The translations under genes and the position numbers were made by a program. The notes under the pieces are model-generated. The model saw only the letters and a program-made list of their open reading frames with translations, was not told the origin of the DNA and did no database searches. Below, one piece after another: positions 22,401 to 37,400 of a DNA stretch of 58,429 bases. The stretch is from the NCBI RefSeq assembly GCF_018977255.1, contig NW_024705261.1:1-58429 (forward strand). Direction: 5' to 3'. Source of the DNA: Callorhinchus milii (Eukaryota). The number at the start of each line of letters is the position of its first letter. Positions within the stretch are counted from its first letter, which is position 1.

Positions 22401-25400
22401 ACAGGACATGAATGTAAAGCGGAGTAGGAGCATCACAGGGAGGCTAGTATCTAGTACGTCCTAGTAAAGAACAACTCGACGCCAAGATGGTTGAGTTCTC
22501 CATCCCTGCACCCTAGTGTGCACGGCCCCCGTCAAGCCGAAAGACCAAGTGGCCGAAACCGAGGGCGAAAGCGGGTAAACTCATGCACTGGTTTCTCGGA
22601 AATAGATTGTCACGCACATGTCTGAATGAGCCGTTCCTTCTCTTGGGCGCTCAAATCAACACATAATTGCGCCTAACGCTAGTCCCGTCCACTGGACTGG
22701 AGCTTACTGATTTACCGATGTGCGTGTTCTATGCGGACAATATAGTGCTGACAAGCTAGTCGAACGTGAGAAGGCGGGTGGGGGCAATTTGAGTTTAAAT
22801 GTGTAACTACGGGTGTACGTCCTAGTCACCCAAACTGGTGATTGGTGCTCTGGCCAGACTCACAATTGTTTGTCAAAACACTAGGTGGCAGGCGTAGAAG
22901 CGGTTACACAGATTGTGACGGAGACGCACTAACGGTGTCCGTTTCCAATAATCATCACCGTCACGTGGTCCTGCCAGATCAGTCGGCGAAATTCTGTAAG
23001 CCATAGGTCAGAGATGATCAGTCCTTAAGGAGAGTTCGCAACCGATCGACCAAAATATCTTAGTCCCTAGACATACAAGCTCTACGACGTGTATTACCAC
23101 AGGACCCATTTCCTAAGATGAGGGCACGATTACTCATTTTACGATTACATGTGCACGGCCGTACAAGTCGCCTACTGATTCGACGCTGCTGAGGTAGCCT
23201 AGCGGCTGGCGCGAGCCGTCTAGTAGAAAAATGGACGTATGGTCACGCAGCGTCCTCAGCGCAGGAAACAATGTCAGCGCCTAAACCATCCCGACAGCGT
23301 GGTCTGTTTTTGTCCACGCTATGCAGAATTGTTACTAAGTCTAGCGCTCGACTTTCTATATCCGGACAGCTACGCAGGACCTTCCGGCGAACGTGTCTAT
23401 GCCCGATGGCGTAGCATAATTTCTTAGAACATACGACCCAGACGGTTCAAGGTCATCGTATATTATTCGGCACACTTGGCATCCCCCTATACTCTGTCGC
23501 GTTGGACATTTCGTGATGTCTTGTCTATCAGTGTTTGTGTTAAGCGCTTACCGTGTTTTAGAGTTAACCGACCTATAGTCCTACAGAAGATCTTGAACCG
23601 CCAAGATGCCTTAGGTATTACAATTACTCAGACAGGTTCTGGTCACTATGTCTGTTGATATTGATGCTCGACCAAGCAGGCCTATCTCCAACTAACGATG
23701 AAATCCTCCTGACAGATGCGACTTCGTCCTATAAACATTATCAACTCGTTGGTCTACCAACCCATGTGACAGGATACATTCTGTAATAAAAGGCTTAACT
23801 AGTGCAAAATCGCTGGCATATAAGGGGCTCGTTCCACCGAGACCCATCGCAGTGAAGATCTTTCACTACCGACTCGATTCTTCAAAACTGATGTTTACTC
23901 GTTTGACCTAATATAGTTAATATTGTGATTGAATTAAAGGATGAAATTACGACGCCAAGGTTGTTTTATGTCCAGACAGAATCCCGGTCGACAATGCTCT
24001 CCGGCGAACAGAAATGTAACTTTGATAAGTAAATCAATGCGAGTTAGCGCACAAACTATCGGACCAATGCCGGGGTATGAACCTTGATGGCCCAAACTTT
24101 GTGGGCGGTGAGTGTAGATGTTGTGCCTGCACAGGTTTATGGGCTTCATGGCCGGCCTTCCTGACACCGCACGAATATTCCCTTACGACGTACTGTGCAG
24201 GCTGGTACGGTCCTATGAGGGTTAGATTGGCAACGGTATCCGCTCTCCTCGGCATCCCTGCATGGCGACCTCTGAACGAGGGATATCGGGTCAGGGAAGG
24301 GAATTAAAGTTGCCGGCCAGGACAGTGTCTACCCAGTATCGTCTCACCAACGGCAACTACAGTTTACGAAGATTATGGTTATGGCATGACACTGGATTGC
24401 CAAAGCGCGCGCTGTATCCCCCCTCACATAGGAGCCCTCAATCGTGCGTGCGATTCCCTAGCAAGCAGCTCGCACTTCTGGGGTATCGTCTCGACGGTAC
24501 TGGATAGTAGATTCTACAAATGAGTATGCGAAGCGACCAGTTACCGAACCAGTTCCATATTCTCGAGCGTGCCTGCCCGATCTAACTAGCTCAGGTGGCT
24601 CTCTAACCTATAGCGGAATGAACTGTTTGCATAGAGGTTCTACACATGGGAGTAGTCGAACGTAATAAGTGATCTATTTTATGTGTAGAACAATAGGACC
24701 AAAAACCGTTCGTTTTTCACCGAGGGAGCCCCCGAACTGACGCCGACAGATTCTTGGCCGGGCTTCCGAGGTTCAATATTAACTTGTATAAGTTTCAACC
24801 GCTGGTATAAGGCGTTTAAAGACGTTAGTGTGCACACTGGTGTGCTTCCTTAGTTTAAAGTATGGCTTGCGTCGGTAGCACCTTAACCATTACGGCCCTT
24901 CGGCGTGTGGCACCCTCGTGCGATACGATCTGGGATGTGTTGAGATCTTTGAACCTCTGTTCCTTCAGCTATCTGATACAGCGAAGTTAGCGGAATTTGT
25001 CCCCATGCTGAGCTACCATTAGCGCTACGCGGACAAAATAATATCCGGCGTCATTCGCTGCTGCGCTAAGCACTGGTAGAGTTTGTTGAGTACCGCCATA
25101 TCGAATAAGACAAACAGGTCCATACGCTGAGAGCTACATCTCAACCAGCATCCGTACGGCCCGTAGTAGGCACATCCGACACCGTTTGCGTAAAGTCTCT
25201 CTGGGAAACGCCGCCCCGCGTGCGTGTTCCACACCCCAGACTTTGAGTGTGTATCGTTGCCTAGGCCGGACAAGCCGACAGGTCTTACACCGATTGACTC
25301 ACAGCTCATGGTGAGCCACTGCTCATAGTAGCGTTCACACGAAGTTGGTAGAACTATTGAGAGGCTGCTGGCCCACGTCAGCAATCGATTATTATAGGGC

Positions 25401-28400
25401 AAAGGTTCCGTTCTCCCGGACGGATGTAGGGTCCGGCCCTCAGTGCCAGCCTCAATAATCGGGGATTGTGGAGTTAGTAGTAAACAAAACCTTAGCGCAT
25501 ACTCGCGTCCTTGCGGTTTCGATCTCAACCGGTACATAGCCATGCCACTGAACGGTAAACCCCGGGCGGAAGGCCTTGTTTTTAGTTTACCCCGTTCAAT
25601 CTTAGACAAACCTGGCCACGCATACCTATAGCATCATACTATTAAGCTCGCTACATCTTCGTCATCCGCTTAGAACAGGCTGAGCAACGTCTTTGTTGTA
25701 TACAATTCGAAACAGTCAGTAGCAGAGCGTATGCGGGAATGGAATATGAAGACCGCGCGAGAGTAATGTACGGACGCCGTGAACATCAACATCTTGGTGT
25801 CGTGTGCTGTGCGACCGCGAGACACTTGCAACTCACCTTACTATTATCCTTAAGCCTGAGCCCCGTAAGAGTTTCTTGGCTTTTGCGTCTGAGGACTCTT
25901 AGCATTTGAATGAATTCCAATGACCACACCGAGGGATTGATATCTCTGAAGGTTAAAGCAAACTATATGGCGAAGGTGCACAGGAGTTGTCTTCCAACGT
26001 TCAAACTGCGACCCACCGAGCGATCGAGTTCGATCATCGTCGTGGCGTCGTTAATTATCGCTCCTAGGAATCGAAGAAAAGTGAACGGCGAACTAACGAT
26101 AGGCACTCTTGGTAGTCTTACGCAAAGGGTGATTATCGGTAGCCTCTGTGTTCTTACAGTCAAACCGCAGAGATGTCTTTCTGGTTATATATGCGCGAAA
26201 GGACGTTCTTGCTAACGAGAAGCGACGCACAGAACGGATTCACTGAAGTCTCCCGTAGACTACCTGAGGTCTGTGTCGGTCCGCGTGTCGACAGGTATAT
26301 AGATTGTCACCGCAAAAAAGGGCTAGTCCGTGGTTTTATTGGCACCGTAGTGTCGCTACATGCATAGATTTATTTATCCGTGTCTAAGTGGGAAAACCTC
26401 CTAGGGATAGGCCGTGACAGTCCTATGAACATGGGACTGAAAGTAGGACCACCTCGACGTAGCATTCGAGGCATCTGTAGAGCTTTCAAGGTTTCTCCAC
26501 CTGATATGATTAAGTCCCGAAGAGGCCGTGCTCCCTCACATACTTTGCGCAAAAATTACACACAACAACCGAGGTAGCGATCCAGGCAGCACGGAATTTA
26601 CACTTCGTATCTGCTGCGAGGACGCGTGGACCGGCGTTTCGGTAATTCGCACTTGAGGTTGAAGAAGGACATGAGCGATGAGTGTTTCGAGACGTATAGT
26701 ACGATCAGCAGATGCTTTAATTAAAATGCGTCCCCTCTTGCGTGACGCAGTGTGTAACGCCCCCCCTACTTTTCTAAGCACAGAATTGACATAAGGAATC
26801 CCGCGTTTACTGAAGCCAACGTGATAGTTGGCAGGCGTAGTGCAGAGTCGAGCTATTGCAGTAAGAAAGCAGTTCTCGTTAACACAGGCTCTAACCGAAG
26901 TAAGCATAATAGAGCGGAACAAAATAAAAACATGAAGACTGTATTGCGGTCAGCATAAGATGGGATGTTTTTTCCACCGTACGGGGAGATAGGCGCAGTA
27001 AGCTAACTGTCATTTTGCGGCATCGTACCAAAATTGCCAGACGATCTTGAGAACACTAGAGTCGCGCGTGCCAACTGTGGATAGTGCACCTCTGGGTATG
27101 CAAGCGATAGCTGGACGACAGACCGTCTCGCGATTTCCACACCACCATGTCACAACCCCTGTACTCTATCCGCAGTTAAGAATGACATCCCGATGTGCGA
27201 AGTATCAAGCGGGCACGAGCGTACTCTTTCGCTCTGAGCTCAGCCGAAATGGTGGCTTTCCCTAATGGTGACCCCAGGCTCACCAACGTTAGAATAATTG
27301 ACGGCTAAGGACCCAACGTTAAGCATAAACATATACAGGTTTAGATCGCGACTGCGATTCGCCCCGGTCGAGGGACTCCCCTAGGTGTAGCTAAGTGATT
27401 GAGACCGATAACACAAATCTGCGTAATATATCGCCTATCTTATGGAAGATGAGAGAATGTCCAATCAACTATGAGGGTGTAGCATAGCGCCATAAGGATT
27501 CTGGTTGGGTTATCTGCGGAGCGACGGCCACTATATCATTAAAGCCAAGACTCCCCAGTAAATAAGACTCATATCGAGTATTCGCTTTCGCGTGGAACAA
27601 CATCCGCGGCAAGCAATGGCATGTGTCCTTTGTCGTTCTACTGTGACTCGCCCGATATCAGAGGGGGCCTCCGGGGCGATACTACACCCCAGCCGGTCAT
27701 TGCTACCGTGAGATCAAATGCTTGCTCCAACGTGTAGCCGGGAAGGTATTACTTATCTTTGGGCTGTTCGGTTGTTCCTATATTCGCCCTCACCCGTGGA
27801 TCACGTCGACGTCGTGTCATAACGCGCGAGGAGGCCCCGTAACTGTAGCACAGCGTAGCAAGTCCAGGATCTAAATTCATTGGAACAAGGAATGGACGTC
27901 CGACGGAGCCTCAAGTCACGGGAGATCTGTTCGTGTAGAATGGGGCAATCGAATCACTGCTTAGTAGATATCAAAAATCACCCAGGGTTACTTCAGGACA
28001 GGTTATACACGACTAAAGAACAGGCGCGACCGTTTCTTTCCCGCTATCAAGCGGTTCGACCTGATAACCTTGCGCAGGAACGGACCCTGAGGGACGAAGT
28101 ATAACTGCCAGACATACGTTGAGACAGCCTATCATGTTATAGGCCCGTCTATGGCCGCTTGTGGCTATATTTTCTTAGTAACTTGTGGCAGGCTTATGTA
28201 GTGTCGTGTTGGCCTAACCTGCGCGTGCGGGCCTCTGTTTCCAAGGGGTTCACACGACACCGCGAGCTGGCAATTCACCGTTACTCACCTTTTGACCAAA
28301 GTAAAGAAATCTAGGCTTCGCTACGTCAGGAGTGGTTACCCTGGTGCGACAGCTGCTCACAGGTATATGAAGCATGGACCAACATCCTCTTTGTCTTAGA

Positions 28401-31400
28401 GAGCTTTCCTCCCGGAGAGGATTTGCGGCGGCTACTAGAATGCTAGAGGGCTTCGAGCGAATCGAACAGTCTCGGTTCTGAGTCGCGTGGAAAACTACTC
28501 AACATCCAGCACATGTCGCGAACTCTAAGCCGAGCTCCCTCTCGATTGGAGCGTTAGTGTTATTAAAACAAGGTTCGAGAAACTCCACATACGATGGAAA
28601 CCCGGGATGCACTTGGTAGTGGCACGGTGGGCCGCGTGCGAATGAGCCCGAGCTGAGGATGATGAACGCATTTACTCGGAAGGAGTTAATGCCATCGACG
28701 ACAACACCGGATTCTTTCCAGCGCGCCAGTCTATTGTGCTTTAGGCAGAACGTCGGCCTTATAAGGTCCTGGAGAGGGTATGAGACATGTGCGCATTGCT
28801 CGGCTCACGACAGCATATAAATTTGTACAGAGCCAGTTAATGTTATGGACATCTCCTTTATTACCTAGAGATATGTGTTTCCAAAGATATAAAGCCCGGC
28901 ATACCTGCAAGAGAGATGAACTATCTAACGCATTCGGTTCGGGTCTGCATGCCATATTTTTCGGGAATCCATACCTGGTAATGGACAACTAGGGTCACTA
29001 GTTGTTCAATACCTAAGTGACTTATCCTTTATCCGCAAGGAAGTAAGCCCAATGATGTTCCTAGCCGCGACAGGCGGCAGTGGTGCGCAACCCTGCGGAA
29101 AATGGTCACGCAGCTCTGCTCAATCTAGGTCTGGGCCGTGAGTAACCGCTCGTGTACGGTGAGAGACCACACGGACTAGTGCGATTAGACTCGTGCTGAG
29201 CGTGCAACTTGAACACTCAGAGTATACTACGTTTGGCACCGTCATACACGCTTCGCCTCTCCGTACGTTTAGCCCACGTTTTCGACGCCCTGGCTTCGTT
29301 AGCTCAGACTACTTGCAGTGTTGTTTCATATATTACTTCGAGAAAGTTCCCTGATAAACAACGATGCGTTAACGCGATTGGTCACGCTGTTACGTACTGT
29401 CTCTCGTTTTGTACTGTAGGCCGTTAATTACTGTATGTGATGGAATAACTAAACACACTTTCATGACCGCTTCGCATCTAAATAGCTGGATAGCCAGATA
29501 TCCGAACTCAAAGGATGCCAAAGCGGTACAGGTATTCTTCGCAGGGGTAACCACAAACCGAACTTATCGTGCAGTCGAAAACGACCCCAGAGTTCAGGTT
29601 CCCAATTGGATGTATCTTACTTTGGTAGACTTGGGGACGTACCTAGTCTGACCGTATTAGAGACCGTCCTGCCCTTCCAATATGTGCCCAAGAAAAGAAA
29701 GGCATGTGTTCGTCGTAGTTATCCGGGTAGGATAGGGAAGCGGTGAATCGGGCGATCGCAAAGATTTAGTACTGAGCGAAGTTATTGACTGTTGGAGTTC
29801 GGTGCAGCTATTATTGTATTGTTTCCACTTAAACAGTCCCCGCAACAGGTATGTTATGCTCGTCGGAATTGCTACTTGGAGGCTCGAGGACTGTACGAAC
29901 TCAGTTTTCGACTACTTATCGATATGAACGTTTGGACTTCGGAATGCTAGAATGCCTATAAGGTGGGTACATTAGAGCGAAACGACAAAACAGTTCGACT
30001 AACGGGGAACCGATAGAGGAGCTCCATAGCTATAATGCATTAGTCACGACCCAGCGCTGCTAGAGTCACTCTTGGTCTGCACCGATACGCGCACCCTTGA
30101 AACACTCCTCAGTACAGGGCACAGAAAATGAGTTTCAACGGGGTTCGGATCAACGCCGGAATATATCCACGGGTCGGTCTGAAAAGGCTAACGGGGATGC
30201 CGAAGTGGCCAAATGTTAGACGTAGAGATTGGGCCCCTATCCAACAATAATTAGGAGGTGCATCCATGCCCGGCGTCAAGTAACCAGAATACTACCAGCA
30301 CCCAGAGCTACGCTAACAAGGTGGTGTAAGCTCGATTTGTACCGTTGAAACCAGTTGAGGAACATTCCCGATCGATCGGACGGGCAGCGATTGGTGCAGG
30401 GACCGCTTGTTACGATAGGATGCTTTTCAGATCGGGTATCTTTAATGATTGCCAATGAGTTTGGTCCACCGCCATCCAGAGTCGTCCAAAACTTCTTGTG
30501 CCTGCTTGCCGGATCGGCCCTCGAGCGTAAGACGACGTCTTTGCCGCCCACGTCACCATAATTAGACATCACCACTTGGAGCCCATACTCGAAGTGGGGG
30601 AACGGTAAAAAGCACACAAACTACCAAATGATTCGAAGACTGTGACCAAACAAAACGGACCACGGAAAATAGAGAACGATAGCCCCTCGCCCAGGCAACT
30701 TTCGCGCGCCGGCTGAAAGTCGCCTTCGTGGCATCATGCCACCTTCCTGGATGGGATGAGGGACCGGGGTTACCTATGTCTCACGTGTTCACACAAAGGT
30801 GGGGGAAAGCGGTATATCGATATTCGGACCAACGAAGATAATGAGCCGTCTTTCACGTTGCTCGGGCGCGTATGGTAGCTCAATGATATGACGCGAGCTG
30901 CTAGCATTGCACTCAAAGACGCGAGTTTGGCTGTATGTGCCCACCTGTACTGAGTAAAGGAAGGACAAGAGAACCGCAATCACCGGGCACCGAGGATCCA
31001 ATGCAGCGGGGAGGTGTGTCGATTGCCAAGCCGGGCTATCCATTAAACTTGCGAGGCCGTTGGCCTGCTCATGACGTCCTGGTGCGCAATCCACAGCGAC
31101 GTCCTGTGGCCAGGTTCCAGGACAGCTACTTAAGGATCGCGAGGCGTTTGCCACGTGTGAGTACCAAGATCATCTGCAGCATGGCTAACATATTTTCTAA
31201 AGATTTAGGAGATACGTCTAAGGAGCTTTAGACGGTTGACTCGGCGTGCAAGAACCCACATTACCGAATACGGGAGCTTATCCCTTCATATCAGCACTGA
31301 TCTGAGTGATGGTCCCTGTGCGCGATTTCATCCGGTCCTTATTTGGCGTAGACGGCTACCTCTACACGGAAGTATGAATATCTCTGGGTCCAAGGATCAT

Positions 31401-34400
31401 AGTAGCACTAGGGGACCGAGTGTTTGGCTCTGTCGTAGCTCTACGCCGTTAGCGGTACGTGTGTCGGTCGACCTTTCGGTGGAACGTGGTTCCCCGTCGG
31501 TAGCCTAATTTGGGTTAACTATTTCCTATGTAGAACCTATTTTTCTCACCCATAAGTCTGATTCGTGTATTCTTATTGTGGGCCGAACACAAGGAAACGG
31601 GTATACTCCCAAAGCGGCCGTTAGAGTGGACTAACCATGAATATGTCGCCCTATGATAAATTACGAGATCCAGACCAAGCTCACACTCTCTTAAGCCCAT
31701 GAGACCGTAGACGCTACAACTCACGGCCCTACGCTCAGGCGCATCCGACCATCATCGCCAATCGGGTACCGAAAGGTGGTCTCTGGCCCCATCGACGTTC
31801 AGGCTTTGCACCGCAATATCCTGCGCTTTGCCTTAGGAACTTATTGTGTTAGCGGGATAGGGACCGCTACACGTGAAGGGATTGTGTGTCGGCGGCAGTT
31901 GAACGAACGAAACCGGCTCTAGGCGCGAAGTTCCTCCGCGCGCGTCCTTCCGTCAAGCAAGCCCACATAGTTAGGATTATGACTAGAACAATAGCATCCG
32001 CTCGAGCAGGGGTTGCTCGACTGCCTGTTCGTTCACATAAATCACGCTGAAGCCCAGTCCCCACTTGCTGTGTTCAACTTGCCAGCTACAGGATAGTCTG
32101 TTGAGCGGACCATCTGTGCGCCGTACATTTTATGTAACGAGTATGGCTGGCTAGCCTTGCCACATCTGGATTCAGAATGGCCAATTAGATAAGGAGATCG
32201 CCCCAACGAGGGTATTCATGTGAGCTATCCGTCGATAACCCGTTTCATATGGTTGCGACGCTTTTGCAGATTTCTTCTACTGGCACCTAGTGGCTCGCCA
32301 GATACTGCACATAGCGGAGGTCGCCCCTCCCTTATGACCGTTTATGATGGATTCGCCGCTTAGTGCATATATTACCAGCAACCAGAATCTAACTGGTAGG
32401 GTCAATTTGATCAGATGCACAGTAATTCATGCCCACCTCACCGGCTGGAGTGATAAGTTCAGCGGCCGACGGCTATAACTTAGTATATACCACCAATGTC
32501 TTGTGGTCGGTCACATAACAGCAACAAATAGTACAGTGGTGTTACGTATCAATCGTATAGTTGTTCAGCTCGAGCAATCGCCTGGTCATAATGTGACTGA
32601 GTAAAAAAAGCGTGCCGGATTTCCGTAGGCCTCCCAAGAAACACCCCGGGTGTGTCGAGAGAGGAACGCGCCCGATTGCCTTCCTGCGGACCATGTCGGA
32701 TTCGTCCACCCTGCTCCGATATTCGCTTCAGGCGATTTGGTCACCAGTACCTACGTAACCGGTAAAGTTCCTTCACAATCACAGTCCCCGGGTGATGGAC
32801 TAACACCACGTGCATATTGTTATAGACATTGGTCCGCTTTGGCTCTTACGTTGCTACTATATGGGGTTGCGACGAGATTCTCAACAATAACTATGCGCCA
32901 GAACACTTTTCGGATACTTTTGGCTTAATCAATTAATAACTAGATGCCAAGGTTCCCGAAGGCGCAGTTTGTTTTATGGATGCCCAAGGCAAAGCATTTG
33001 AGTGGTACACCCTTAGGACTTCCTGCTCTGCTCTGTGAAGTCAGTCATGAAGTATCGTTTTGCGAAGTGTTTACAGCTATTGGTCCGTAGAGCCGCACAC
33101 TCTAGGGTTAGGTAGTCTCATAGTAACCCAATCACGTAAGCGTACTGTACGCTCGTTAGCATCTTTATTGTACACTAGGAACCCGTTTAAGTTTACACCA
33201 CTGTCTTCTTCCTATAGCATGATGTGTGGTCGTTGCGACGCAGGTTGGATGTGGAACTCATAAAGGACGGAAACGAGGCGCCGAAGCTCAATATAATCCA
33301 TACCGCATTAACCGGTCCGTACGTCACCAATGCAGGGTAAGGAAACGAGTACGTCAACCCCTAGCGCGTCCATGTCGGTAGCAGTAAAGATGTACCACTG
33401 TTTTAAACCAAATGGGACCGAGAAGCAATGAAGGGTAGGGAGTTACAGTTTGGTTGAGTCAGCAAAAATTTGGCTCGGGTCTGACCTAGAAGTGTCCTGG
33501 TATCTTAGAGTGCTCCAGTCCTTCGATGTTGCGCCACCGGGAGGGTGAGACGTGCTGATCCTTCACAGTGTGGTTTGACTTTTCATCCGGTGAATCGGGC
33601 TTTCAATTAACGGCGTCGGTGGGCCTTCAACGTAGTATCACATTGCGGGACTCATACCGTCTAGTCAATCTGGGTAGCTCGTAAAGAACCTAATGCACCA
33701 CACAAATTGCAATATCGGTAGAACCCGGCGTTCATTCCCCGCTATTTTGGCGTCACGAATAGGGTATGGTAGGACTAAGACGGGAGCCAACTGACATCGA
33801 TCATCATCAGCGGATAACTGAGCAGTCCTTCGGTTGATAGCTGAATAATGCTTCGAAGAGCGCTGGGAACGCCCCATCAGCAATATATGATAGACGGGAA
33901 ACTTCAGAAAACCCACCCCGGCGGGGGCAAATACCGTCGACCACCGTAGGACACTATCTCGTAAGCATTAATATTCCCCAAGCAACGATCTCAACACGTG
34001 ACTGTATTTGCCGGCTCCGTCATACAGGGAACTAGATATATGGAGACTGTTTACCTATCCGGACTATCGGAGCACTTAAAAAGCGCATAGTCGGCACAGA
34101 AGGCGGGTGTTCGGTTGCTGTGGTAATTTTGAGCACGCGGGAAGTGAAAAATACCACTGACTTCCCAGCTCACTAGCCTCGCTTGCCAGCCCGTCCGGCT
34201 AGACGCCTGTTCACGGTCAAGAGCTGGAAGTAAATTGCTTTACCGAGATAATCGGCCCATACCGACCTTGATACCCGACGTACTCCAGACACACAACAAT
34301 ATTGCGACGCCTCCTCTCCGCACACAGATGTGATATCATAGAGACATTCCCGTACTCAAGGACCGCGTAGACGTTTTCTCGGCACGGATCATTTGAAACT

Positions 34401-37400
34401 TATAAAAGCCTAACTAGCATCGGACGAGATGGTTATGGATGAGACGGAACCGATTTACCGCCGGGCGCCGTGTCAGGTGTGCTTATGTAGGTTAGGTAAT
34501 TAAAATGCATTAGTTTTTCTAATCCCTTTTGAGTAGAACACGGCACCCCTAGCCTAACTTTCGTTTCCCCAGAGGTCTATTCCTGTAGTATGACGTACGA
34601 ATATAATTGGCTAGTGAAGAAGTTGGGTCACACTAGTAACTCTGCCTAAGCCTGGGCTTACGCTGGAGAGGAGGTCTCACGACGGCTCATTGGCGTGTCA
34701 ATCCCACCGAACATCACGGCCCACGAGCGTTATGCATGCGGACTGCGAACGTACTCGCTTGATGCTCAATGAGAAGCGGGCGCCAGGAGCGTATATTTTT
34801 ACTGTATGACGCTAGCGCCCGGGTAGCTATTTACTTGACTGATATACGCATCTTGCGACCATTTGAACGCTTTCAGTTATCATGCCCCTAATCATTGCCA
34901 CCCGTTTACGGGACTAGCGTTGGCGGGGCTTCCCTGGAAGTTCGTCGGCGAAACCGCTGATGGTGCAGCAACTGCTGGGTAAGCGCAGAAGAGGACCCGC
35001 GTTGAATCCTGAGTTCTCCTATAATAGCACAATTACACATACCCCATTTCGATGTAGTCGCTGATCAGATTTAGAACCGTCGCTCTCACGCGTGTCGGTC
35101 CCCAGCATCACTTGCGCCTGTCGCAATGGTGTAAGTTCCCCATAGAACGTAGTGGTTCAGAGTATTTAAGTCGCTGTCGTCTAGCCTTAACTGCCGACTT
35201 TCGAACCTGGCACAGCCTAAATCGGCTACACAGGTGACGTTAGTCGGTCTCCTCTTTTAGTGCTAAACAGGTACTTGGGGATTGTTAAATTAAAGTCGAG
35301 TGTTCCTTCTCTCTTCGGGGGCATTGGTTCCCTACAGTGGACAGGGTACGTTTTCTGCACCGTACGCGAATAAATACATCTAACCTCAACAGATGTGAGT
35401 CCTACATCACGCCGAGGGCCAGTTATCAGCCCCAAGCCCGTTTCGGACTTAACTAATACAGGTCGTATTGAATTTCGACGTGGGACAGAGTACAGAGAAT
35501 CTATACCAACAAGATCTTTAGGTTTCATTCCGCAAGGACCTTCTCGCCGCGTTAGCAGGCTTCAAGATGACCTTCTCAATTTTTATAGCGTAGTACCTTC
35601 ATGATACCGGGATTGGAGAGTATATTTGTTTGGGACCATATTTTTACGGAGCACAAAATATCGACCTTAGTAGCAGGGAGCTTTTGCCCGGAGAAGGAAA
35701 GGTGTGCGGACGAATCCCCACCTCTAGGAAGGGTCAGGATGTAGGACGCGGCTGACAGCCACCCTGTCCCGTTAGAAGAGGCGAGGAACTATCGAATGCT
35801 TCTTGTTCAAATCGATTACCTCTAGTGCTCTAGATCATCTCTATCGTTGCAGGCTTCTCGCATTTAAATGCCCTAGCGTGGAACTCTGAACCCGCTGAGA
35901 CATCCGCAATGTCGTTTTGCCCTCTACTAAGATTCATCGAGCTGTTCACTGTGCACAGTAATTACCTCCTATGGAAACACGAATGTGCGGCTGATAGGTT
36001 TTATTTAATCTGAAGCCCCCTACCCTATGAAATGGGAGCGGGTCAATACGCTTTGTCAGCACTCTACCAGTATCGATTGCGTATCAGAATTTCTCAAATC
36101 ACCGACGTGTTGCCACCACAGATAGGGTAACGCACTTAGCGCAATTACATCCCCTCATACTGTTCCGGATACAGTATTGGTCAGTAGAAGAAAATTCGGC
36201 GACTCGCCTCCCGCTGGTACATTGAGTGGCAGAAGACGTGGAATCGCCTTCATAATAGTTTAGTCTGATAAGACCTAAGCCGGCGCAGGATTGCACTACC
36301 GGCGGTGTCACGGGTATAACCCAGAGGAATCGCTGAAGCTCTCACTAGCGACCGTATCAACTACTGAAAGGCACTTGATCCGCCGTTGGTATAAGATCGG
36401 AGTTAGATGCTCCAGGCTACGATCATGGTGTCCCGGATAATGAGTTTTGCGTCAGGAGTATGAGACAGTGCTTGTAGCCCAAGGGCCAATTCTGACCACT
36501 GTTTCCGTTATTGGTGCGGAATACGTTCTCGTTCCGACTAACGAAATTCGGAGGCTAAGAATATATATAAAGAGGGCAATGTCGGGCCAACCCGTGTATG
36601 GGGAGAGAGTCCCTATTCGTTCCGATGCACAGTCTGGTGGTACCGGTGACACCGGCGACTCGGGGTGGCAAGTGCACTATCCAGTCTGCAAACGTCATTT
36701 TCTAGGACACATACCATTTTACTAATATGAATTACGGAGCTTCCCTCTCCAACCACTTATTGCCGGTCCGCACCATGTACTGGTCGGTTGGGAAGTCGAG
36801 ACACCCGAGTAGGGGTTAAGCAGAACCGCGGTGTAAGCCGTGAGGCACGTGTCCTTGCTAACCCAGGGCCACGCCGTTGTTTTGCATGTTTGAGGGTTTA
36901 AAAGTCGAAAATTGCCGTACACCGGTTAATGTATGCTGGCTGGAGAATCATCCTCATTGCTTCATTAGCGGTACGGCTGCCGAGGCAGGAGCCAAGGTGG
37001 GCGTAGGGGAGGGTAGGTATGGAATCATGTACCTTAGAGTTCATGCGAGGACATCCCAGCTGATCATTGTCCGACTCTGCATCCGTAGTATCTTACGATA
37101 TGCTCTTGAGCGTATTTTACACCGCTAGCAACAGATCTTCTGAATACCCTCAGTAGCTATCGCGTATCCGGGGCGCTTGTCCTATGACTAGGATGCGTCT
37201 GGGGTCACGGCTAAGTATGAGTGCTGTACTCTAGGGGACATTAAATCAATCAAAGCGCCCAGGAAGGTCATTGAGTTGAATTCTTTTGCGCACGCTTACC
37301 CAATGAGATCGCGGATCTGTAGGTTAAGAGAGAGTGTGACGATCGCGGACCTGAAGTTACCGTAGGACGCCGCCCATAAACTGGCGACTTAAGAAAGCAA